A stretch of DNA of 64,000 nt from Alphaproteobacteria bacterium. Lineage in GTDB: Bacteria > Pseudomonadota > Alphaproteobacteria > JAQWUY01. Location of the stretch: the NCBI GenBank assembly GCA_029250225.1, contig JAQWUY010000031.1:226948-290947 (forward strand), read 5' to 3'. Below are positions 19,011 through 29,255 of this stretch, in pieces. Within the stretch, counting starts at the first letter, position 1. The number at the start of each line of letters is the position of its first letter. The notes under the pieces are model-generated. The model was given only the letters and a program-made list of their open reading frames with translations. It was not told where the DNA came from and searched no databases. The translations under genes and the position numbers were made by a program.

Positions 19011-22000
19011 ATGCTAAACTATCTTTTTTCAAGATCTAAAATAGCTCTTACATTCATAGTTATGATGTTAATATTGGGATATAATTCTTTTAAATTAATT
19101 CCAAAAGAAGCAAACCCAGATGTAACTATTCCGATAATGTATATCAGTATGAAACTCGATGGAATTTCACCAGAAGACAGTGAAAAGTCTCTTATTAAAC
19201 CAATGGAAGCAGAATTAAAATCTGTAACCGGAGTGAAAAAGATGAATTCAAGTGCTTATAAAGGTGGTGGTAATGTGGTATTAGAATTTTATGCCGGTTA
19301 CAATCTTGAAAAAGCATATAATGATGTAAAAAAAGAAGTCGATAATATTAACACACTTCCCAATGATGCAGAAAAACCAAAAATATTTGAAGTAAATGTA
19401 TCTGAAATTCCAATAATTGATGTCAATATTTGGGGTGATGCTGATGATAGAAGTATGTTAGAGGTAGCAAAAGATTTAAAAAATAAATTTCGCAGTATTA
19501 AATCTGTTTTAGATGTAAATATAAATGGTGAAAGAGATGAGTTAATAAACTTAATCGTAAAACCAGAAATAATGGAATTATATCAAATAACTCCTAATCA
19601 AATCGAGTTAGCATTAAAAAAAGCAAATGTTATTTTATCATCTAGTGAACAAGAAAATAAAAAAACAGGAGCATTTAATATAAAGCTACCCAATTCATCA
19701 AAAAAAATTGATGATATTTTAAAAACACCAATCATAGTAAAAGGCGATAGTAAAATATTATTGAAAGATATTGCCGTATATAACCGTGGATTATCTAGTA
19801 CAAATGTTAGAACAAAATTTAACGGTAGAAATAGTATAAATATTGAGATTACCAAAAGAAGCGGTACTAACCTTTTAGAGACTACAAAAAAAATTATACA
19901 AATTATTGAACAAGAAAATGTAGAGCTAAACAAAAAAAATATAAATGTGTCTGTATCAAATGATTCATCAAAAGATATAGAAAGAATGTTAAGTGAATTA
20001 AACAACAGTATAATAACATCTGTATTATTAATTATGGTAGTTGTAGTTGCTGTTCTTGGGCTAAAAAATGGATTACTTGTTGGTTTTGCTATACCGTTTT
20101 CTTTTTTATCAGGAATTTTTATAATAGCCTTAATGGGATATTCAATAAATGTTGTTGTTTTATTTGGTCTTATTCTTTCAATAGGTATGTTAGTTGACGG
20201 TGCGATAGTAGTTTCAGAATATGCACAAAGAAAACAAGATGAAGGACATTCTTTAAAGAAATCTTTTATTATGTCTATACATAAAATGAGTAAACCTATT
20301 ATATCAGCAACAGCAACAACACTTGTTGCATTTATGCCATTATTGATATGGCCTGGTATAATAGGCGAATTTATGAAGTTTATACCGATTACATTAATTA
20401 TTGTATTATCTTGTTCTGCGTTGGTTGCTTTATTATTTATGCCTATAATAGGTGTTAATATTAACACATTTACAAAAGTAATGATTTTTGTTTCAATTAT
20501 ATTTATTTCTATGCAATTATTTGGATTAATTGGTATTGTGCTTGGTATTTTAATATCATCAATAATAGTAAGATCTGTAAGAATAAATTTAGAAAAACCA
20601 AATGTGCCAAGAGTTGTCAAATCTATTACATCAATTAATTTAAAAGATTATAAAAAATCTGCATCAAAATTTATGGTTAAATATTGTGACTTATTAGTAC
20701 TTACAATTAATAATCCAAAGAAAATATTATTTATTACATTATCAGGATTAATTTTATCGTGGACTTTATTTGGTTTATTTGGCAAAGGAACCTCGTTCTT
20801 TCCAGATAGTGAACCTTCAACATTCAAATTAAATATACATAATCCGGCTAATTTATCATTAATGGAAAAAGAAAGACTTGTTAATAAAGTTGAGAAAGAA
20901 ATATTTAAATACAATGACGAAAATAAATATTTCACATATATTAACACCAGTGTTGGTGGTAGATCAGGACGCCGTTCTATAAGAAATGATAGAATAGGAT
21001 ATATTACCATTGAATTACAGGATTGGAGCGTTCGCCCATCTTATAAATTGATAAAACAAGAAATTCTAGAAAGAATAGACCACATTAAAGGTATAGAAAT
21101 AAGAAGCGCTAAACCACAAAAAGGCCCTAGAACCGATAAAGATGTACAATTAATTATTACCGGCCCAAATCGTGATGATATAACAAAGAGTATTAAAAAA
21201 ATAAAAAATCATATGGAAAAAAAGGGAATTTTTATTGAAATAGATTCAACTATAAATAAAACAGGAATCGAATTTTCTTATGAACCAAATATGGAAAAAA
21301 TACAAGAAACAGGCGTAAATGTAAGAACAATTAGTGATTTAATAAAAATGTTAACACAAGGTAAAGAAGTATTTGATTTCCGCCCCGACTACACAGAAGA
21401 AGAAGTTAAAGTTATACTAAAACTACCTGAAAAATATAATACTATTACTGGAATAGAAGAGTTGAGAGTACAGACCCCTAACGGAGCTGTGCCGATGATG
21501 GACTTAGTAAATAAAAAATATAGTCGCAAAGTTAGTGCTTTACATAGTGAAAATGATAAAAAAATTGAAAGAATATCAGCTAATTTAAAAATTGGTTATG
21601 TAGCAAATAATGAAATAAATAATTTATTAAAAGAAATTGATAAAAATAACCTATTAGTAGGGAAATCAGACCTATATCTAAGTGGTGATAAAGAGGAAGA
21701 GAACTCTTCTAAGGAATTTCTTTCAAAAGCATTTGTTGTTGCTATATTTTTAATGTTTATAATATTGTTAATACAATTTAATAGCTTTTACCTAACATTT
21801 ATAATTCTTTTTTCTATCATATTATCAACTGTTGGTGTTTTCTTAGGCTTATTTATATTACAAAAACCGTTTTCTATTGTAATGTCTGGACTTGCTGTAA
21901 TATCTCTGGCTGGAATAGTAGTGAATAATAATATAGTATTAGTTGATACATTTCTTGGACTTAAAGAAACAGAACGAGAAGTAAAAGATGCTATAATAAA

Positions 22001-22241
22001 AACAGCTCTTGTTCGTTTTCGTCCAGTTCTGTTAACATCTTCCACAACTGCACTAGGTTTATTACCCACTGCAATGGGGGTTGGGATTGATTTCTTTAAT
22101 AGAACTGTATCGATTGATGCGCCTAGCTCTCAAATATGGATATTACTTAGTCAAAATATTCTTTTTGGATTAATATTTGCGACAATACTTACACTTGTTA
22201 TAACCCCTGTTATGCTTGCTGTGTTTTATAATAAAAAATGA
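19011..22241 (+). CDS. RND family efflux transporter permease (AcrB/HAE-like), 12 TM
   Basis: 1076 aa with two large periplasmic loops and two 6-TM bundles. Conserved ...LVDGAIVV... and C-terminal ...RFRPVLLTSSTTALGLLP... segments. Confidence 0.75.
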   Translation: MLNYLFSRSKIALTFIVMMLILGYNSFKLIPKEANPDVTIPIMYISMKLDGISPEDSEKSLIKPMEAELKSVTGVKKMNSSAYKGGGNVVLEFYAGYNLEKAYNDVKKEVDNINTLPNDAEKPKIFEVNVSEIPIIDVNIWGDADDRSMLEVAKDLKNKFRSIKSVLDVNINGERDELINLIVKPEIMELYQITPNQIELALKKANVILSSSEQENKKTGAFNIKLPNSSKKIDDILKTPIIVKGDSKILLKDIAVYNRGLSSTNVRTKFNGRNSINIEITKRSGTNLLETTKKIIQIIEQENVELNKKNINVSVSNDSSKDIERMLSELNNSIITSVLLIMVVVVAVLGLKNGLLVGFAIPFSFLSGIFIIALMGYSINVVVLFGLILSIGMLVDGAIVVSEYAQRKQDEGHSLKKSFIMSIHKMSKPIISATATTLVAFMPLLIWPGIIGEFMKFIPITLIIVLSCSALVALLFMPIIGVNINTFTKVMIFVSIIFISMQLFGLIGIVLGILISSIIVRSVRINLEKPNVPRVVKSITSINLKDYKKSASKFMVKYCDLLVLTINNPKKILFITLSGLILSWTLFGLFGKGTSFFPDSEPSTFKLNIHNPANLSLMEKERLVNKVEKEIFKYNDENKYFTYINTSVGGRSGRRSIRNDRIGYITIELQDWSVRPSYKLIKQEILERIDHIKGIEIRSAKPQKGPRTDKDVQLIITGPNRDDITKSIKKIKNHMEKKGIFIEIDSTINKTGIEFSYEPNMEKIQETGVNVRTISDLIKMLTQGKEVFDFRPDYTEEEVKVILKLPEKYNTITGIEELRVQTPNGAVPMMDLVNKKYSRKVSALHSENDKKIERISANLKIGYVANNEINNLLKEIDKNNLLVGKSDLYLSGDKEEENSSKEFLSKAFVVAIFLMFIILLIQFNSFYLTFIILFSIILSTVGVFLGLFILQKPFSIVMSGLAVISLAGIVVNNNIVLVDTFLGLKETEREVKDAIIKTALVRFRPVLLTSSTTALGLLPTAMGVGIDFFNRTVSIDAPSSQIWILLSQNILFGLIFATILTLVITPVMLAVFYNKK

Positions 22242-22258
22242 TTTATATAAAAAATATA

Positions 22259-22981
22259 TTATTTTTTAAAAGATTTTTTTAATTTATTATAAGTAGGGAT
22301 TGATATCGCAATTGTCATTAAATAAGAAAATAAAACAACACTTAATGTTAGCCAAGGAAGACCTGATAAACCAGCCATTATTCCACCTATAACCAACATA
22401 ATTAATGGAATATACTTTCTTTCAATTTTTGCCTTTTTAAAAGAAAACATTGGTATAGTTGAAACCATTAACAACCCAATCAATAAAACCCAAATAGGTA
22501 CAATAATGTTTGGAATAATAATCTGATTAAATGATAACGTCATAGGTAATAATGCAACTAATGCACCCGCCGGAGCAGGTATTCCCTGAAAATAATTATC
22601 CGCATAAGGTGGTAATTTATCCAACATTGTATTAAATCTTGCTAGTCTTAATGAGCAACAAACAACAAAAAATAAAGATATCCCCCAACCGATACCGCCA
22701 AATTCATTTAATACCCAAAAGTATAATATAAATGCCGGTGCCACACCAAATGCAACAAAGTCGGATAAGCTATCTAGTATTTCACCAAAATTTGATGTTG
22801 CTTTTAGCATTCTTGCGGCTCTACCATCTAGTCCATCAAAAATTGCTGATATAATTATACATATAATTGATTTTTCCCATAGGCCGGCTAGTGCATACCT
22901 AATACCTGTCAAAGCTAGACAAGTACCGGCTAAGGTAATAGCATTAGGAATGATAAAAGAAACCCTAAATTGATTTTGCAT
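22259..22981 (-). CDS. pssA: CDP-diacylglycerol--serine O-phosphatidyltransferase (CDP-alcohol phosphatidyltransferase family)
   Basis: DGLDGRAARMLKATSNFGEILDSLSDFVAFGVAP matches D-G-x2-A-R-x8-G-x3-D-x3-D. Adjacent to psd. Confidence 0.8.
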   Translation of the reverse strand: MQNQFRVSFIIPNAITLAGTCLALTGIRYALAGLWEKSIICIIISAIFDGLDGRAARMLKATSNFGEILDSLSDFVAFGVAPAFILYFWVLNEFGGIGWGISLFFVVCCSLRLARFNTMLDKLPPYADNYFQGIPAPAGALVALLPMTLSFNQIIIPNIIVPIWVLLIGLLMVSTIPMFSFKKAKIERKYIPLIMLVIGGIMAGLSGLPWLTLSVVLFSYLMTIAISIPTYNKLKKSFKK

Positions 22982-23000
22982 TATTAATAAATCCCTTCAA

Positions 23001-23705
23001 TTAATCGGATTTGCATAGACATTCATTTTGTTGTTTTTCGATAAAGTTTGCGATGATACTTTCACCCGCAATAACTGTTTGACCAACAGAAACTTTTGAC
23101 TTAATGCCCTTTGGTAAATATACATCAACACGAGAACCAAATCTTATCAAGCCGAATCTTTCACCAGCACTTAAAACATCATCAGGCTGAACATATGTTT
23201 TAATTCGCCTTGCAACTAATCCAGCGATTTGTACAAATGCAACTTTTGTTCCATTTTTATGTTCTATTATAAAGCTCTGTCTCTCATTATCTTGACTTGA
23301 TTTGTCTAGATCAGCATTAAAGAAATTTCCTGCTTTATATTCAACAACTTTAATTTTACCAGAAATAGGAGAACGATTTACATGAACATTAAATATATTC
23401 ATAAAAATACTTACCCTTGTAAGTTTTTCATCGTCCATATTTAATTCAGCCGGAGGAGTTGCCTCTGTAATCATCTGAACCACACCATCAGCAGGCGATA
23501 TTATTAATCCATCTTGTGTAGGTGTAAAACGCACTGGGTCACGAAAGAAAGCAGTACACCAAAGCGTTAAAACAAGGCCGATAAAGGTTAGTATAGTAAA
23601 ATCAAGTAAATAAAAAAATACAGTAATTGCGAAAAATATAGCAATAAATTTGTGACCTTCTTTATTTATTGGTATTAGTATAGGTTTTATAAAATCTAAG
23701 TTCAT
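23001..23705 (-). CDS. psd: Phosphatidylserine decarboxylase proenzyme
   Basis: Short alpha-type Psd with FGSRVD (cleavage-site-like) region. Track start at 23720 is TTG; ATG at 23703-23705 preferred. Confidence 0.8.
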   Translation of the reverse strand: MNLDFIKPILIPINKEGHKFIAIFFAITVFFYLLDFTILTFIGLVLTLWCTAFFRDPVRFTPTQDGLIISPADGVVQMITEATPPAELNMDDEKLTRVSIFMNIFNVHVNRSPISGKIKVVEYKAGNFFNADLDKSSQDNERQSFIIEHKNGTKVAFVQIAGLVARRIKTYVQPDDVLSAGERFGLIRFGSRVDVYLPKGIKSKVSVGQTVIAGESIIANFIEKQQNECLCKSD

Positions 23706-23873
23706 ATTACATGCTCCCAAAAAAAATTTAACAATTTATGATACCATATTTTTATAAAAAATATAACTAAAATAAATTATTTTAGTATTTAACCTTATTT
23801 ATAAAATATGGTATGTTTGTCTGGATTAAAAATACACATAATTATCTAAAACAAGGAGAAGGGATTAAAAAGT

Positions 23874-25088
23874 ATGAAAAAAATAAAAGTAATAAATCCA
23901 ATAGTAGAACTAGATGGTGATGAAATGACAAAAATAATATGGGATTTCATCAAGAAAAAACTTATTCTACCGTATTTAGATGTTGATTTAAAATACTATG
24001 ATTTAAGTATTGAAAAAAGAGATGAAACAGACGACCAAATAACCGTTGATTCAGCCGAAGCAATCAAAAAATACGGTGTCGGTGTTAAATGTGCAACAAT
24101 CACACCTGATGAAGCAAGAGTTAAAGAATTTAATTTAAAAGAAATGTGGAGATCACCTAACGGTACTATCCGTAATATATTGGGTGGAACGGTATTTCGT
24201 GAACCTATCGTATGTTCAAATATTCCCCGCTATGTTCCCGGTTGGAAAAACCCTATTATAGTTGCAAGACACGCATTTGGCGATCAATATCGTGCAACTG
24301 ATTTTGTTGTGCCAGAGGCTGGTAAATTAACAATTAGATTTGAATCAAACGATGGAAAAAAAGTAATAGAGCGAGAAGTATTTGAATTTAAAGATTCAGG
24401 AATTGCACTTTCTATGTACAATGTTGATGAAAGTATAAAAGGTTTTGCTCACGCTTGCTTTAATTATTCTATCGACAGAAAAATACCTTGCCTGTTATCA
24501 ACAAAAAATACTATTTTAAAAGCTTACGATGGTAGATTTAAAGATATTTTCCAAGAAATATTTGACAATGAATACAAAGCTAAATTTGATGAATTAGGTA
24601 TATGGTATGAACACAGATTAATTGATGATTTGGTTGCATTTGCAATTAAATCAGAAGGTGATTTCTTGTGGGCTTGTAAAAATTATGACGGCGATGTTCA
24701 ATCCGATATTGTTGCACAAGGTTTTGGCTCTCTTGGTTTAATGACTTCGGTATTAATGACACCAGATGGAAAAACCATAGAATCAGAAGCAGCACACGGA
24801 ACGGTAACTCGTCACTATCGTCGACACCAACAAGGCAAAGAAACTTCTACAAACCCAATTGCATCTATTTTTGCTTGGACTCGTGGATTAAAATACCGTG
24901 GTAAATTTGACGATACACCGGAAGTTATTGAATTTGCTGAAAAGCTTGAACAAGTTTGTGTTGAAACCGTTGAACAAGGTAAAATGACCAAAGATTTAGC
25001 ATTGCTAGTTTCAAAAGATCAAGCTTATTTAACAACTAATGAATTTCTAGATGAACTAGACAAAAAGCTACAACAAAAAATGGCTTAA
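23874..25088 (+). CDS. icd: NADP-dependent isocitrate dehydrogenase (homodimeric, eukaryote-like IDH1 type)
   Basis: 404 aa, ...[15 protein letters not shown]..., [21 protein letters not shown] motifs typical of the 45-kDa subfamily. Confidence 0.92.
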   Translation: MKKIKVINPIVELDGDEMTKIIWDFIKKKLILPYLDVDLKYYDLSIEKRDETDDQITVDSAEAIKKYGVGVKCATITPDEARVKEFNLKEMWRSPNGTIRNILGGTVFREPIVCSNIPRYVPGWKNPIIVARHAFGDQYRATDFVVPEAGKLTIRFESNDGKKVIEREVFEFKDSGIALSMYNVDESIKGFAHACFNYSIDRKIPCLLSTKNTILKAYDGRFKDIFQEIFDNEYKAKFDELGIWYEHRLIDDLVAFAIKSEGDFLWACKNYDGDVQSDIVAQGFGSLGLMTSVLMTPDGKTIESEAAHGTVTRHYRRHQQGKETSTNPIASIFAWTRGLKYRGKFDDTPEVIEFAEKLEQVCVETVEQGKMTKDLALLVSKDQAYLTTNEFLDELDKKLQQKMA

Positions 25089-25096
25089 CAAAAACA

Positions 25097-25125
25097 AACC
25101 ACCTTATGATTATATAAGGTGGTTT
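25097..25125. terminator. Bidirectional intrinsic terminator between convergent icd and cobT
   Basis: 10-bp stem AACCACCTTA/TAAGGTGGTT, A-run upstream and T-run downstream. Confidence 0.7.
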
Positions 25126-25133
25126 TTTGTTAT

Positions 25134-26189
25134 TTAGTTTTTAACAGATATCATAGCTTCTGAAAATGTAGCCATACCGTTGTGGCAATTGATTGCAGAA
25201 CGCAATATTCCCAATGCTAATACTGCCCCTGATGCTTCGCCAAGTCGCATATTCATATTTAATAAAGGTTCTTTATTAATTATATCTAGTAATCTAACGT
25301 GACCTATTTCGGTTGATAAATGTGAAATTAAGCAATGATCAATATATGTTTTATCATAACTATATAAAATAGAACAAGCAACTGAGGCTGTAAAACCATC
25401 AATTATTACTGGAATATTAGCCATACGGCCTGCTATTATTGCACCGACAATAGCACACAATTCAAATCCGCCTAAATGTTGTAATACTTTTAGCCCGTCG
25501 ACTTTACCATCAATAGTAAAGTTTTCTCTGTGTTTTTTGACACCTTCACTTACAACACGAACTTTTTTTTCAAAGACATCACCACCAACACCTGAACCAG
25601 AGCCTGTCCAATCAATAGCATTACCGCCAAATAAAGCATAAGCCATAGCAGAACCGGATGTAGTATTAGCAATCCCCATTTCACCAAGACACAGCAAATC
25701 AATGCCTGGTTCAACGGTTGTCATACCATAGCATATTGCATTAACACAATCTTGTTCTGTCATAGCTGGTTTTTCAGTAAAATCTTGGGTTGGTTTTGCA
25801 ATTCCCATTTCATAAACTCTTAGTTCCGCATCTTGTTGTTTACAAAGTTGATTAACACAAGCACCGCCATTTTGAAAATTCATTACCATTTGTGCTGTTA
25901 CTTCTTGCGGAAATGCTGAAACTCCTTGTTTTGAAACACCGTGGTTACCTGCGAAAACTGATACCCTAGGTCTTGAAATTGTTGCGGGATATCGCCCCTG
26001 CCATTTTGATAACCAAAATGCAAGATCTTCTAATTTACCTAGCGATCCAATTGGTTTTGTAAGTTCTTCATTACGAGATTTTGCTAAATTTTCACTTTTT
26101 TCACAAGAATTAGGAAACACATCAAAAATTTTTCTAATCTCTTCAAAGTTATTTAATTCTGGTTTGCTATTCATATTACCCCAATACAT
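25134..26189 (-). CDS. cobT: Nicotinate-nucleotide--dimethylbenzimidazole phosphoribosyltransferase
   Basis: GEMGIANTTS and ...GGFELCAIVGA... CobT motifs. Alternative ATG at 26174. Confidence 0.85.
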   Translation of the reverse strand: MYWGNMNSKPELNNFEEIRKIFDVFPNSCEKSENLAKSRNEELTKPIGSLGKLEDLAFWLSKWQGRYPATISRPRVSVFAGNHGVSKQGVSAFPQEVTAQMVMNFQNGGACVNQLCKQQDAELRVYEMGIAKPTQDFTEKPAMTEQDCVNAICYGMTTVEPGIDLLCLGEMGIANTTSGSAMAYALFGGNAIDWTGSGSGVGGDVFEKKVRVVSEGVKKHRENFTIDGKVDGLKVLQHLGGFELCAIVGAIIAGRMANIPVIIDGFTASVACSILYSYDKTYIDHCLISHLSTEIGHVRLLDIINKEPLLNMNMRLGEASGAVLALGILRSAINCHNGMATFSEAMISVKN

Positions 26190-26290
26190 TTTAATTATTT
26201 TATCAAAATGTAATATATTTATTGTTCTTTTTCAAATTAAAATATAATATAATTTATTATTATAAGATATAAATCAAGAACAGGCAAAAA

Positions 26291-27064
26291 ATGATTAAAT
26301 TAATAGAACAAATAATAATTGCAACTACACTGTTAAGTCGTATTCCAATGCCTAATATGAAACACGGCAATGCTAAGTTAAAAAATCTTGCTTGGGCATA
26401 CCCTATTGTTGGATTAATATTATCATCTATATATGTTGTATTTATAATATCTAGTGTGTACTTACCTTTTGAATTGCCAATATTGTTATTATCAATAATA
26501 ATTGTAATGATTAGTATATTCATTACGGGTGCTTTACATTTTGATGGTTTAGCTGACATTTCAGATGGTTTTTGGGGTGGATATGATAAAAAGCATCGTC
26601 TTGAAATTATGCAAGATTCAAACATTGGTACATTTGGAACCATTTCAATAATAATTTCCTTGATGCTTTATGTTGTTATATTAAATGAAATAAATGATTT
26701 GTTTTTAATATCTGTGTTCTTGATTATTTCATCAATTTTATCAAGAGGAATTATGGGAATAATACAGTTAACAAACCAACAAGCAAAAAAAACTGGTTTA
26801 TTAAATTATGTGTCAAAAGAAAATAAAATTAAATATAATATATTACAAATTTTATTCATTTTAATATTTACATCAGCAATAATAATACACTTAACAAATA
26901 TAACAATATTGTTAAAATTATTAATTGTATCGTTTGTAGTTTGGGGATTACTATCATTACTATATCGCAAAAAAATAGGTGGGATTAACGGTGATTGCCT
27001 AGGTGCAAGCCAAGTAATTAGCGAAATCATAATATTACTAACTTTATACGGAATTAATCAATGA
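26291..27064 (+). CDS. cobS: Adenosylcobinamide-GDP ribazoletransferase (cobalamin synthase)
   Basis: Multi-TM protein with WAYPIVGL and HFDGLADISDGFWGG (CobS DGLAD motif). Confidence 0.82.
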   Translation: MIKLIEQIIIATTLLSRIPMPNMKHGNAKLKNLAWAYPIVGLILSSIYVVFIISSVYLPFELPILLLSIIIVMISIFITGALHFDGLADISDGFWGGYDKKHRLEIMQDSNIGTFGTISIIISLMLYVVILNEINDLFLISVFLIISSILSRGIMGIIQLTNQQAKKTGLLNYVSKENKIKYNILQILFILIFTSAIIIHLTNITILLKLLIVSFVVWGLLSLLYRKKIGGINGDCLGASQVISEIIILLTLYGINQ

Positions 27065-27708
27065 GTAACGAATGGATAAAAACTAACTGGTATTGTATAA
27101 GACACGCTGTTGTTGCTAAACATACCCACAAAGGAACATTTTACGGTTCACAAGATGTTGATTGTACACCTTGTAATGACCTATCAAAATGGAATGCAAA
27201 TAATTTACCGAACGAAGATAATATATTAATAACCTCTAAATTAAAACGAACAATACAAACGGCAAATGCAATTAAAGAAGCAGGAGCGATTTTACCGGAA
27301 CAAATTGAAATTCCTGAATTTAATGAACAATGTTTTGGTGTATGGGAAAACAAACCATTCAAAGATGTATACAAAGAAACAGATGAGGTATTCTGGTTTG
27401 CACCAGCACATACCGTTATAGAACAAGGGGAAAGTTTTATGAATTTATACGGAAGAACTGCACACCGTATGCACCAATTAACCCATAAATATGCCGGTAA
27501 AAATATAATATCTGTAACACACGGTGGAACAATTCGTGCAATGATTGCATTTGCAATGGACTTAGCAATGGATAATGCATTAAACATAACAATTGATAAT
27601 CAATCAATAACTTTACTAGAACATTTTCACAAAAAAGAAAGTAAAGAAAAAGGCAAATGGCGAGTAAGATTTATTAATAAATTACCCATTGAAAGCCTAG
27701 ATATATGA
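27061..27708 (+). CDS. cobC: Alpha-ribazole phosphatase (histidine phosphatase superfamily)
   Basis: CIRHAVV (RHG phosphohistidine motif) and ...SVTHGGTIRA. Located between cobS and cobU. Confidence 0.65.
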   Translation: MSNEWIKTNWYCIRHAVVAKHTHKGTFYGSQDVDCTPCNDLSKWNANNLPNEDNILITSKLKRTIQTANAIKEAGAILPEQIEIPEFNEQCFGVWENKPFKDVYKETDEVFWFAPAHTVIEQGESFMNLYGRTAHRMHQLTHKYAGKNIISVTHGGTIRAMIAFAMDLAMDNALNITIDNQSITLLEHFHKKESKEKGKWRVRFINKLPIESLDI

Positions 27709-28223
27709 TACATTTAATTTTAGGTGGAATAAAATCGGGTAAAACGGCATTTGCTCTGGAAACTGTAAATAATCTAAGCAAAGAAAAAAAACTTAATAAA
27801 ACATATCTTGCAACATCGAATATATTTGATGAAGAAATGCAAGAAAAAGTGGATAAACACAAACAAGAACGCAACGAAACTTGGAAAAATATAGAAGAGC
27901 CAATAAACATAGCAGAAATAATAAAAAAAAATAATAGCGATAATATTGTATTATTGGATTGTATATCAATGTGGCTAGCCAATCTTTTATTAAAAGAATT
28001 AGACATAGAAAAGCACACCGCCGAATTAATTAATACATTAAAATCAACTAAAAGCGATATTATCATCGTGTCAAATGAGGTGGGGCGTAGTTTAGTTAGC
28101 GAAAATAAATTAGGCCGTAAATTTCAAAACGAACAAGGCTTATTAAATCAAAAAATAACAAGTGTCGCAAATAAAGTAGATTTAGTTATCGCCGGCTTAA
28201 CATTAAATTTAAAAGGAGAGTAA
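27705..28223 (+). CDS. cobU: Adenosylcobinamide kinase / adenosylcobinamide-phosphate guanylyltransferase
   Basis: MIHLILGGIKSGKTAFA P-loop at the N-terminus, 172 aa, typical CobU/CobP size. Confidence 0.8.
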   Translation: MIHLILGGIKSGKTAFALETVNNLSKEKKLNKTYLATSNIFDEEMQEKVDKHKQERNETWKNIEEPINIAEIIKKNNSDNIVLLDCISMWLANLLLKELDIEKHTAELINTLKSTKSDIIIVSNEVGRSLVSENKLGRKFQNEQGLLNQKITSVANKVDLVIAGLTLNLKGE

Positions 28224-28226
28224 AAT

Positions 28227-29255
28227 ATGAATAAAATTCCAGCAACAGTAATAACGGGATTCTTGGGTGCAGGTAAAACAAGTATTATCCGTCATATGAT
28301 TGAAAACAATAATGATAAGAAATTAGCATTTTTAATAAATGAATTTGGTGATTTGGGAATTGATCGTGAAGTATTGCTAGGTTGTGGTATGGAAGATTGT
28401 CAGGAAGAGGATATCGTAGAATTGTCAAATGGCTGTATTTGCTGTACTGTCGCAGATGACTTTTTACCAACAATGGAAAAATTGCTTGATCGCGAAAATC
28501 CACCCCAACACATATTAATTGAAACATCAGGCTTAGCATTGCCAAAACCACTAGTAAAAGCTTTTGACTGGCCTAGTGTAAAATCAAGAGCGACGGTTGA
28601 CGGTGTTATAACCGTTGTTGATTCAAAAGCATTATCAGAAGGAAAATTTGCATCAGATGAACAAATGGTGCAAAAACAACGCCAAGAAGATGAAAGCCTA
28701 GATCACGAAAACCCTCTACACGAAGTTTTTGCCGATCAGTTATTATGTGCTGATGTAGTAATTATGAACAAAATTGATTTACTAGAAGAATCTGAAATCA
28801 AAAAAATTAAGTTAGAATTAAAATCACAAGTTCGTGACGGTGTATCGTTTATTGAAAGCTCAAATGCTTCTGTTTCTAGTGATGCTATATTAGGTCTTGG
28901 CTTTGCAAGTGAAGAAACAATAAATGAGCGTAAAACACACCAAGAACACCATCACCACGATGAACACGATCACGATGAATTTAATTCATTTACTGTTGAA
29001 TTAGGTGAAGTTAAAAACATTGATAAACTAGAAAAAGATTTATTATCAGTGGTAAAAAAATATAATATTCTTAGGGTAAAAGGATTTATCTATAATTCAG
29101 AAAAAACTATGAGGCAAGTAATCCAAGGTGTGGGGCCTCGATTTACAAAATACTTTGATCGCCCTTGGAATGACAACGAAATCAAATCAACGAGATTAGT
29201 TATTATTGGTTTACACGACATCAACCCTGAACAAGTGGCATCTGAATTAAAGTGA
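28227..29255 (+). CDS. cobW: CobW/G3E-family metallochaperone GTPase with His-rich insert
   Basis: GFLGAGKTS P-loop, CICC(T) metal-binding motif, HQEHHHHDEHDHDEF His-stretch, C-terminal CobW_C domain. Confidence 0.78.
   Translation: MNKIPATVITGFLGAGKTSIIRHMIENNNDKKLAFLINEFGDLGIDREVLLGCGMEDCQEEDIVELSNGCICCTVADDFLPTMEKLLDRENPPQHILIETSGLALPKPLVKAFDWPSVKSRATVDGVITVVDSKALSEGKFASDEQMVQKQRQEDESLDHENPLHEVFADQLLCADVVIMNKIDLLEESEIKKIKLELKSQVRDGVSFIESSNASVSSDAILGLGFASEETINERKTHQEHHHHDEHDHDEFNSFTVELGEVKNIDKLEKDLLSVVKKYNILRVKGFIYNSEKTMRQVIQGVGPRFTKYFDRPWNDNEIKSTRLVIIGLHDINPEQVASELK

Noticed and set aside
19598-20620. 340-aa ORF on the minus strand, plus other antisense ORFs at 16940-17482, 9514-9942, 26260-26643, 27141-27587 and 38023-38340
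   Set aside because: All lie entirely inside strongly supported genes on the opposite strand (RND permease, rsmB-like, radA, cobS, cobC, rarA). They are I/F/N-rich low-complexity translations typical of the reverse frame of AT-rich coding DNA, with no recognisable motifs.
26190-26290. Looked for a cobalamin riboswitch in the cobT/cobS divergent spacer
   Set aside because: Only 100 bp, extremely AT-rich, with no B12-box-like (GCCACUG-type) element or multi-helix structure. Regulation, if any, must be elsewhere.
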